Below are positions 16,739 through 23,688 of a DNA stretch of 24,000 nt, in pieces. The notes under the pieces are model-generated. The model had not been told where the DNA came from. It saw only the letters and a list, made by a program, of their open reading frames with translations, and did not search any database. The translations under genes were made by a program, and so were the position numbers. The stretch is taken from contig JAUWKS010000013.1 in NCBI GenBank assembly GCA_030614005.1, positions 38,337 to 62,336 of the forward strand. The letters are read 5' to 3'. This DNA comes from Candidatus Heimdallarchaeota archaeon. GTDB taxonomy: Archaea; Asgardarchaeota; Heimdallarchaeia; JABLTI01. Numbering within the stretch: position 1 is the first letter of the stretch; every line of letters starts with the position of its first letter.

Positions 16739-16916
16739 CTGCAAAATCTCCTGTTATTAGCACTACTATTCTTTATCTTTAAATAGATTTTTCACAGACG
16801 CTATGATATGGTTATTACGGCTAATTCTTTAACAAAATTAATTCTTTGGCAAAAACTAAAAAAGCAGAAGAGCTTAAAGAGGATAACAAACCAAATCAAA
16901 AGAGAGACTGATTATC

Positions 16917-17183
16917 TTGGTATCTTGGAAAGAAGAATTTAAACAAGCAGGTATAGAGTTGGGGTATGATTTACTATTAGTTGCACTAATCATTTGTTGG
17001 GTAGCGGCTATTGTTACTGCTATACTAGAAGTTTCTCTTTGGATTGCCTTAGGACTTTTCTTTTTGGGATGTATTTTCTTATTTTCAATGTTTACAGTAT
17101 CGAGAAATTCAGAAGAAGCTGAGAAAAAAGCTCTAGCAAAAGAAAATTCTGAAGATGTAGAAGAGGAAGAAGAAAAAGCATAA
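16917..17183 (+). CDS. Small hypothetical membrane protein (2 TM helices + acidic tail)
   Basis: 88-aa ORF with only a TTG start available. It has two clean TM helices and the tail EDVEEEEEKA. T-tracts lie downstream (atatttttgg, ccttttttttc). The non-ATG start and lack of a clear SD lower confidence. Confidence 0.4.
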   Translation: MVSWKEEFKQAGIELGYDLLLVALIICWVAAIVTAILEVSLWIALGLFFLGCIFLFSMFTVSRNSEEAEKKALAKENSEDVEEEEEKA

Positions 17184-17416
17184 GAAAGTATATTTTTGGA
17201 ATAATTTTATTCGTAAGAGAAACTAACAGCCTTTTTTTTCTTTGTTATACCCATAACACAATACTTTTTTGCATACAATTCAAAAATATGCTATCTGATA
17301 ATTTGTTGCTAATAGTTAAATTGCTCGTAATTTTGTAAATTAGGTTCATTTACACAAATGAATAAGCAGAATAATCAAATTATTAACTATTGAAATCCTG
17401 TTTGGAGAGAAAAAAC

Positions 17417-19066
17417 ATGCCAGAAGTAGGTCTAGGAGAATTCGATGATCAAGAAGTATTAAAGAAATCGCTTGTGGCATTCGAAAAAACCAAAAAAGAG
17501 ATTCAAGATCATATTCTTGAAAGAACCGCAGTTGTTCCTGATGTAACTTTAACTGAAATAGAAAAAGAATTCAATATTTCCACAGAACTCGCGAAAGCAA
17601 TTTTTGTGTTAGAATTTGAGTATTATATTCCGAGGAAACTTTCAGCAAATTGTTACCTCTCTGAAATGAAGAGACTTACAGAAGCTCAATATGAATTGCC
17701 GGATATTTACTCTTTTAGAGTAAGGTATTCAATGGAAGAAGGTTTTTGGATTAAATATCTAGTAGTGGATCTTCCAAAAAAACTTGAACATAAAATGGGT
17801 AAACTGAAAAAAATCTATTGTTCTCTATTTGGCGACCTCGCCGCGGATAAAGAAGACGCAGCCGTATATATTATCGAAAGAGCTTTTATCTGTAGTGAGG
17901 TAATAAGACCAATTATCCATTCTTGGATGAAAGAGCATCATCGAGCAAAGTATTCTGATTGTGTGAAAACATTTTTGTGTAGCATCCAACGAAAAGCAAG
18001 AGAAAAGTGTTTACCATTAGTGGAAGAAATTGGCAATAGATTTCATTCACAGATGGATTCACTAAGAAGTATCATTACCGAAATTCGACCAAAAGGGTGG
18101 ATAATGAATGCAAAAGAAGAATATAATAAACTTTCAGAGAAACTAATACTATTTGAAAAGGAAGACTACCTTGATTGGCGATTAGCTGCAGAAATTATTT
18201 TAGAAACAATGTTGTTGAGAGATTTTGATGATCAAGATAAAGAAGAAACAGATTTTGTAGTTAAAGAAATGCCAAAACAAAAAGAAAATATTGTAACTCA
18301 AATGATAACAACAAAAAAGGAAAAATACCTCACAGATGATATTTCAGTAATTCTTACAAAAATAGTTGATTTATCTGAAGAGAACCAGAAACCGCTAATA
18401 GAAGAGATGATACAAGAAAATTATGATCATGCAACAGTCAAAAACCGAGTAAAACCAGCTATTTTCTCAAAGATTTTTCTTGAAAGGATTATGACTGAAC
18501 TGATGATTGGAAATAAAGAAATAGTCAAAATAACAAAGAAATTTGATGTACAACTTATGTTTCGCTTATCTCCTGCTGGAGGAAAAGAATTTCCACATTT
18601 AGGAATAGATGACAAAATAACTGGATTGCTTGAAGAATTTGTTATGGATATTCTACAAAAACAAAATGAGCTAAAAATGATTTCTACAGAAGAAACTATG
18701 AGGGAGAAAGCTGAGCAATCTATTGAAGAGAGCGAAAAACACTCAGAAGAAGTAGACTCGACAAAGAAAAGTCAAGTGGTTGGGAAAATAAAGGAATCGA
18801 GTGAAAAGGAATTATGGTTATTTGTAAGAGATGAATACTTGAAAGAATTATTCGATAGTGAGAAAGAATTAGTTGCAGGAGCAAGAATTCTGAAGAAATA
18901 TTCACTTGAACTGGGATTATTAATGACTGAGGGAGAAGCAACGTCATATCTAACCTCTGAACTCGATAAGAAGGGCTTTTCTATTGAAAGCTCAAGCAGA
19001 GAAGATATTGATTCAAATGTGTGCAAAATCGTTTTCAAACAGTTGAAAGAATTGAGGAAATACTAA
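17417..19066 (+). CDS. Hypothetical protein, 549 aa, K/E-rich and predicted mostly alpha-helical; no family recognised
   Basis: Long ORF with protein-like composition. ATG at 17417 is preceded by GGAGAG 9 nt upstream; the track TTG at 17390 is less likely. Possible winged-helix-like segments occur near both termini (VTLTEIEKEFNISTELAKAIFVL; ARILKKYSLELGLLMTEGEATSYL), but I cannot support a call. Confidence 0.75.
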   Translation: MPEVGLGEFDDQEVLKKSLVAFEKTKKEIQDHILERTAVVPDVTLTEIEKEFNISTELAKAIFVLEFEYYIPRKLSANCYLSEMKRLTEAQYELPDIYSFRVRYSMEEGFWIKYLVVDLPKKLEHKMGKLKKIYCSLFGDLAADKEDAAVYIIERAFICSEVIRPIIHSWMKEHHRAKYSDCVKTFLCSIQRKAREKCLPLVEEIGNRFHSQMDSLRSIITEIRPKGWIMNAKEEYNKLSEKLILFEKEDYLDWRLAAEIILETMLLRDFDDQDKEETDFVVKEMPKQKENIVTQMITTKKEKYLTDDISVILTKIVDLSEENQKPLIEEMIQENYDHATVKNRVKPAIFSKIFLERIMTELMIGNKEIVKITKKFDVQLMFRLSPAGGKEFPHLGIDDKITGLLEEFVMDILQKQNELKMISTEETMREKAEQSIEESEKHSEEVDSTKKSQVVGKIKESSEKELWLFVRDEYLKELFDSEKELVAGARILKKYSLELGLLMTEGEATSYLTSELDKKGFSIESSSREDIDSNVCKIVFKQLKELRKY

Positions 19067-19085
19067 AAAAAATCATTATCCTCTT

Positions 19086-19223
19086 TTATCTGTCCTCAAA
19101 AATTGAGAAGGATCTACTCGTCGTTTTTTGATTAGCATTATCAGAAGAATTGTTACCAATAACATCTTTCTTACGGTAACTGCGGCTCAGATTTTCCGCC
19201 CAAAAATCTAGTTCAACTGGCAT
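19086..19223 (-). CDS. Possible unannotated small ORF (45 aa)
   Basis: Read by hand as MPVELDFWAENLSRSYRKKDVIGNNSSDNANQKTTSRSFSIFEDR*. The ATG is preceded by GAAGGT ~11 nt upstream, the same SD flavour as other genes here. It is below the track length cutoff and has no homology evidence. Confidence 0.25.
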   Translation of the reverse strand: MPVELDFWAENLSRSYRKKDVIGNNSSDNANQKTTSRSFSIFEDR

Positions 19224-19672
19224 GCTATTTCTTTACCTTCTCAAGATTGGTTTGTAGTGACAATGATATTTCAATAATTCAATAAAAACAACCGCAATAT
19301 CGGGATAGTTACCTCAATATTAGCTTCTAATAGAATTTAGAGATGAAAAAGAGAAGAAAAAAAGGTTTTTGTAGCGACAAAAACACCGATGCTTTTTCCC
19401 ACAAAACATAAAAAGAATCAATAAAAAGTACAATTAGAAAGTTACTAGACTTCAAATCCAGAAAAACTAGCTGAAGTTACCAGTACAAAGAAAAGTTCCT
19501 AAAATCAATGTTATCTTAGATGGGAACATCAAGAAAAAGCGGGGATATGTTTAACTATTCAAAAAGTGGTTAGATAAAAAACATCACCAAATAAACAAGT
19601 ACTTGGTACAGATAGATTTTGAAGGAAATGAAATACAGACCAAACAATTGGTAATAGGTTGATGAAAGAACA

Positions 19673-20911
19673 ATGTCAATGAAAGCAGATTTCATAAAAG
19701 AATTAGAAATTTCTACATTCTCAAAACCAATTCTAAAAGAAATGGGCGTAAAAGCAATCTTCTTAGTCACTTTTGACATTATCCTAGGACCAATAGCCTA
19801 TGTCAATAAACTCTCTACAGAAAAAAGTGAGTATCTCGAATTTTTGCAACAGAATATAGCGCACCTAGGAGAATTTTACACTGGAATATCACATGCACAA
19901 ATCGATAAAGTAACAACAAGAACCGGAGAAGAAATGCTTGTAGGACGAGCAACAAGAAAAGTAAATGAAATGGAACTAATAGATATCGCCGTAGCTTTAG
20001 TGGACTCAACAGAATATCATAATGAAATTGTTAAGATGCTAAAATTCGTTGTGAGAACGTCATATGGCAATCCAAAAAACTTTTGTGATTTATTAGACAG
20101 AGTGTTGCTGGAATATCAAGACCTCGGAAAGAAAAAAGCAGAGGCAGGAAAATTCGCCGTATTCAAAGATGCTTCAAAGGAAAAAGTGGCGAATATAGCA
20201 AAGCTATATCACAATTGGAAAGGAGTACTATTCATAGATTTTGAAGGAGATAACATAAACAGCTCATTTATGCCGGATTGGATTGAAGCGAGTAAAATAA
20301 ATTCGCAGGAATTAGCTCAGAAAACGAGAAATATGTACGCAGAAGGAGTTATCATTCCAAGATCTAAACAAATATTTTCGATGGTAAGCATAAAAGGCAA
20401 ACAAGTAATCGTTGTATCAACAAATAATTCACGCTATGTAACAATCATTTTCCCGACAGCAGATGGAATGACAAAAATATCAACAATAGCAGAAAATATG
20501 GATATTATTAACGAGGCACTGAGCGAAGTGGGAATGCAATTCAGCACAGATGCAATGAAGAATACTCTCGAGATAATCGATAAAAGAATAAGAGAAAATG
20601 ATACCAGCGTCTTAATGAAAGAAGTAATTGTAGTAATGTTAAGATCCGAAGAGTTGATGCCAAAGAAAAAGATAAAACAAGAAGAATTTGAAGCATTTCA
20701 GGGAGAAATACAAAAGAAATATTTTCAAGGATTGAATAAAGCATTCGAAGAATTTGATGGCACAAAAACAATCTTAGAAATAACTCATAGAGTAAATGTT
20801 AGTTTAGAGCAAATGGGTGATTTTGTGGTGTTTTGTATGACAAGGGGAATTGTGCAGGTCTTTACTAAAAATGGCCGAACAAGAAAAACAGATGGAAAAG
20901 TTGTTATCTAA
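19673..20911 (+). CDS. Hypothetical protein with two roadblock/LC7 (longin-like) type domains and a C-terminal winged-helix domain
   Basis: 412 aa. Domain 1 (aa ~5-150): helix, then GVKAIFLVTFDIILGPIAYV hairpin, helix, three strands, helices. Domain 2 (aa ~170-285): KVANIAKLYHNWKGVLFIDFEGDNINSSF...IFSMVSIKGKQVIVVSTNNSRYVTIIFPTADGMTKISTIAENMDIINEAL, the classic roadblock pattern. C-terminus: GTKTILEITHRVNVSLEQMGDFVVFCMTRGIVQVF (wHTH-like). The CDS is solid; the domain calls rest on pattern only. Confidence 0.6.
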   Translation: MSMKADFIKELEISTFSKPILKEMGVKAIFLVTFDIILGPIAYVNKLSTEKSEYLEFLQQNIAHLGEFYTGISHAQIDKVTTRTGEEMLVGRATRKVNEMELIDIAVALVDSTEYHNEIVKMLKFVVRTSYGNPKNFCDLLDRVLLEYQDLGKKKAEAGKFAVFKDASKEKVANIAKLYHNWKGVLFIDFEGDNINSSFMPDWIEASKINSQELAQKTRNMYAEGVIIPRSKQIFSMVSIKGKQVIVVSTNNSRYVTIIFPTADGMTKISTIAENMDIINEALSEVGMQFSTDAMKNTLEIIDKRIRENDTSVLMKEVIVVMLRSEELMPKKKIKQEEFEAFQGEIQKKYFQGLNKAFEEFDGTKTILEITHRVNVSLEQMGDFVVFCMTRGIVQVFTKNGRTRKTDGKVVI

Positions 20912-21209
20912 GTAGGGAAAAGAGCCCGAAAAAAGTATCGTTACCATTCTATTCACTCATATTTAAATAAAAACGATTTTTTATTACTAAATATAATTTT
21001 AGAAATAATCGCAAGTTATTAAAAACCGTTAACTCAAATATTAAGTGGAAATGGAGTACCACTATTTGTTATTAGGAGAAAAATGCAGTTGCAATAGAGG
21101 CTTCTTTTTCTAGAAACGAAGAGTAATTGAGGAGCTTTGTAAAAAAATACTAGCTGAAAAAACTCAAGAAAAGGGAAAGTAAAATAACCGATTTAAAGAA
21201 GGGGAAAAT

Positions 21210-22028
21210 ATGTATCAAGATGATTTGGGAAATTTCCATAGAACAGATGCAGAAGAAAATGTTTTGTGGGGGATGAGACTATTAAAAATAGGATTCATTC
21301 TCTTAATAATATGTTTTACAGCATATTTCATAGAATCAATAATAGAATTGTATACAGGACTAGGTCATTATACAATAGATCCGACATACTCCTTTAACAA
21401 AATAAAAGCATATTATATAATGATAATGTTTTTGGCAATATTCACAACTACTTTTACAGGATCAATTTATGTGCTTGGAATGGGAACTGTATTTTTGAGT
21501 AGGATCTTACCAGAACCTGTGAAAAAGAGCCTGAAGATAACGGGGATACTATATCTAATACTAATACCTCTGAACTTGCTAAAAATAATAATTATATATA
21601 GTATTTATGCAAATTCCTCATTAGTTACAGATATCTCAAGAATAAGTAGAATAATAACCAATATAGTTTATTCAGTAAAAGTACTAGAATTTCTAATGCT
21701 GATAGTAATAGCTATGCTACTAGCAAAAGAACTGAAACAAATGAATGAAATGCAAAGAGGAAAAAATGGTACGGTAGTTTTACCGGGAATTTTAGTAGCA
21801 GCATTCATTATCTGGTTAACAGGAGGAATAATGTTTTACGTTGTAGTAGATAAACCAGATCCATACGATGTGCTAGAACCAGTGCTAAATACTGCAATAT
21901 ATCTAGAAGGAATAGGTCAAATACTCTATTGTGCAATAGCAGTTGGAGTATTCATAGCACTACTAGTAAAAGCAAACAAAATAGTGATACCTCCTTTAGC
22001 AGTAATAAACAGAAGTGGTTATTACTAA
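21210..22028 (+). CDS. Hypothetical polytopic membrane protein (~6-7 TM helices)
   Basis: 272-aa ORF with the ATG preceded by GAAGGGG. It has repeated 20-25 residue hydrophobic segments separated by short polar loops. No family recognised. Confidence 0.75.
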   Translation: MYQDDLGNFHRTDAEENVLWGMRLLKIGFILLIICFTAYFIESIIELYTGLGHYTIDPTYSFNKIKAYYIMIMFLAIFTTTFTGSIYVLGMGTVFLSRILPEPVKKSLKITGILYLILIPLNLLKIIIIYSIYANSSLVTDISRISRIITNIVYSVKVLEFLMLIVIAMLLAKELKQMNEMQRGKNGTVVLPGILVAAFIIWLTGGIMFYVVVDKPDPYDVLEPVLNTAIYLEGIGQILYCAIAVGVFIALLVKANKIVIPPLAVINRSGYY

Positions 22029-22114
22029 CTACATACCTATCTAAAATAAAGAAAAAAAAAGACAAGTAAGCAAGTGTGTGTGAGAAATTGACAGCGCAAT
22101 ATGTAGTTAAGAAA

Positions 22115-22375
22115 ATGGCAAAGATACATTGTGCGAAGGGACCAAAGAACTGCAAGAAATGTAGAGAATATGCAAAAGAGAAAAGATATGCATTATTGGA
22201 CACCAACCCACAAGAAAATGAAATGGCAGCAAGACCGATGATAGAGTTGGAAGTTGAGGGCGGGGAAAAAGTCTGGGTAACTTTTGATGTGATAGCTTAT
22301 TTTGAGTCAATGGATGAAGTAAAAGAATATACAACAAAAAAAGACATTGAAGTAGAACAAATAATTGAAGAATAG
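22115..22375 (+). CDS. Small hypothetical protein (86 aa from the ATG; 99 aa from the GTG at 22076) with an N-terminal HC-x6-C-x2-C cluster and acidic C-terminus
   Basis: MAKIHCAKGPKNCKKCREYAKEKRYALLD...IELEVEGGEKVWVTFDVIAYFESMDEVKEY. Its composition is protein-like, whereas the antisense ORF 22107-22427 is low-complexity L/F/S-rich. The start is ambiguous. Confidence 0.5.
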   Translation: MAKIHCAKGPKNCKKCREYAKEKRYALLDTNPQENEMAARPMIELEVEGGEKVWVTFDVIAYFESMDEVKEYTTKKDIEVEQIIEE

Positions 22376-22427
22376 AATTCAAAAAGTAAAGAATAAAGCT
22401 GAAGCCTAGATTGAATAAAATGATCAA

Positions 22428-23489
22428 TCAAAAATTCAAGCCAAAAAAAGATTGCTTTTCAATTTGTTGTTTAAGACTAGGTTTGATTTGTATACAAATA
22501 TCCGTTACTAAAGTCATTAAATCTTCTGGAGTTTGTTTGGTAAATTTCTGGAATTGTTCACTATCAAATTTGCCATTAGAACACATTCCTAACAATTCAA
22601 TACATTTAGTAATAATATTACTCATTTCCTTTTCAAATGATGCTCGAATGTCAATTTCAGTTTTTTGCTTTCGCATTTTTTTTACCAGAGCACGTAAAAT
22701 TTTTGTACCATTTAAACCGGAAGCTGTTCCTTTTTCCAAAGAAATAATTGCTACATCAGCATTTTTGTAATTTATTTCAGAAGCTTGAGGAACACCAATA
22801 ACATTAGCTGTTTGAGGGTCTACATATGAACTTGTATAAGTGATTACGTTTTGAAAGGGAAACGGAGTAAGTAGATTTAGGATAGCTATTGTTTGAGATG
22901 CAGATATTAGATCACTACAAATGATGATTGGTTTGAAAGACAATAAGGCATAAATTACTACATCTAAATTAGATTTAATATGGTCAAAAAGAAAAGTGAT
23001 AGAAACATCGGTAGGGGCATTCATTTTAGCGCGAAAATAAGCTAGATTTTCTTCGGAAAACCTACTCATCTCAGAGAAACGTTGATCATATATTGAAAAA
23101 ACGGCATCAATAATTCCATTTAATATCTGTTCTTGCTTATGTGAGAAGATGAGACCGGTATGAACTTCTTGAATTTCTTGAATCTCAGAAATAATTTTAG
23201 ATACTATTTCAGAGAGAATCTTATCTATTATTTCCTTTTCATAAGCTACATTAATATCCTTGATTATAACAACACCAAAATTCTTACTTATTTTAATATA
23301 GATTTCATGTGTTTGAGTAGCAAAATAGTTCGCTTCACCAACATCCATAGTAGCTAAAAAAGTCTGAATGGCTGTAATAGCTCCTGAGAAAAGAGTAGCT
23401 CGTTCAATAGATTCTTTTCCTTCTGACTTTAATTTTCGGAAATAAAGAGGAAGTCCACTTTGAGAGATAATATATATGGCATCTAACAT
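22428..23489 (-). CDS. Hypothetical protein with N-terminal longin-type domain and central DENN/folliculin-like core
   Basis: 353 aa. The N-terminus LDAIYIISQSGLPLYFRKL...ERATLFSGAITAIQTFLATM...HEIYIKISKNFGVVIIKD has longin beta-beta-alpha-beta-beta-beta order. Residues ~160-260, VVIYALLSFKPIIICSDLISASQTIAILNLLTPFPFQNVITYTSSYVDPQTANVIGVP...ADVAIISLEKG, match the remembered core-DENN consensus. The CDS is solid; the domain call rests on pattern only. Confidence 0.55.
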   Translation of the reverse strand: MLDAIYIISQSGLPLYFRKLKSEGKESIERATLFSGAITAIQTFLATMDVGEANYFATQTHEIYIKISKNFGVVIIKDINVAYEKEIIDKILSEIVSKIISEIQEIQEVHTGLIFSHKQEQILNGIIDAVFSIYDQRFSEMSRFSEENLAYFRAKMNAPTDVSITFLFDHIKSNLDVVIYALLSFKPIIICSDLISASQTIAILNLLTPFPFQNVITYTSSYVDPQTANVIGVPQASEINYKNADVAIISLEKGTASGLNGTKILRALVKKMRKQKTEIDIRASFEKEMSNIITKCIELLGMCSNGKFDSEQFQKFTKQTPEDLMTLVTDICIQIKPSLKQQIEKQSFFGLNF

Positions 23490-23514
23490 TCTAAAAAAAT
23501 AGACTACTATCCCA

Positions 23515-23521
23515 TTTTAAA
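23515..23521 (-). promoter_or_regulatory. TATA box of the longin-DENN-like gene (probably a leaderless or short-leader mRNA)
   Basis: Minus-strand TTTAAAA starts 32 nt upstream of the ATG at 23489. No SD-like sequence lies in between (tgggatagtagtctatttttttaga-ATG). Confidence 0.35.
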
Positions 23522-23617
23522 TGTTCTTTAATATACAAGAAGGGATAATGAACGTAATTTTTGTCAGCAAAAAATACCCTCGGAAATGGTGACTGAATTT
23601 GTATCTAGAAACGAAAA

Positions 23618-23630
23618 GGCTAGAGTAGCC
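23618..23630 (-). terminator. Weak stem-loop + T-tract downstream of the 23689-24000 gene
   Basis: Minus strand: GGCTA-ctc-TAGCC followed by TTTTCGTTTC. The stem is only 5 bp, ~60 nt after the stop. Confidence 0.25.
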
Positions 23631-23688
23631 GCTTAGTAAACTGTGTAAGCATAGTAGGTAGACTAACAAACTAACAGTGATTGGTAAA

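Noticed and set aside
17331-17357. Imperfect AT-rich palindrome TGTAAAT-taggttc-ATTTACA upstream of the 549-aa orphan gene
   Set aside because: It is a 7-bp AT-only arm with a mismatch beyond it. Such dyads arise frequently by chance in AT-rich spacers, and I have no supporting second copy.
19650-19672. UGAUGA (C-box-like) sequence in ggttgatgaaag just upstream of the 19673 start, considered as a C/D-box sRNA
   Set aside because: There is no matching D box (CUGA) or terminal stem at an appropriate distance within non-coding sequence. It is more simply part of the 5' leader/SD region (AGGT) of the downstream gene.
21083-21097. Mini-ORF ATG-CAG-TTG-CAA-TAG (4 codons) with a strong AGGAG 4 nt upstream, ~110 nt before the membrane protein gene
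   Set aside because: It is too short to evaluate. SD-like purine runs are common in this A/G-rich spacer, and there is no attenuator-like structure around it.
21110-21120. 11-mer CTAGAAACGAA shared between 21110-21120 and 23605-23615
   Set aside because: Many 11-mer coincidences are expected by chance in a 24-kb AT-rich window. I kept only the shorter GAAACG recurrence as a low-interest finding.
22107-22770. ORFs 22107-22427 (-) and 22411-22770 (+) overlapping the small Cys protein gene and the 3' end of the longin-DENN-like gene
   Set aside because: Both are shadow ORFs of better-supported genes on the opposite strand. Their translations are hydrophobic low-complexity without TM-like periodicity.
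306-23357. About 25 track ORFs of 60-155 aa lying antisense to or out of frame within the long genes. Examples are 306-536, 2399-2689, 3500-3685, 4815-5057, 8908-9096, 9247-9462, 9375-9563, 10048-10302, 10830-11051, 13552-13737, 14774-14992, 14922-15173, 18427-18615, 18720-18947, 18772-19038, 19570-19779, 19815-20009, 20541-20771, 21952-22206 and 23160-23357.
   Set aside because: All are fully or largely embedded in longer ORFs that have clear family motifs or protein-like composition. Their translations are low-complexity (L/F/S/I-rich), as expected from the reverse complement of A-rich K/E/N codons in an AT-rich genome.
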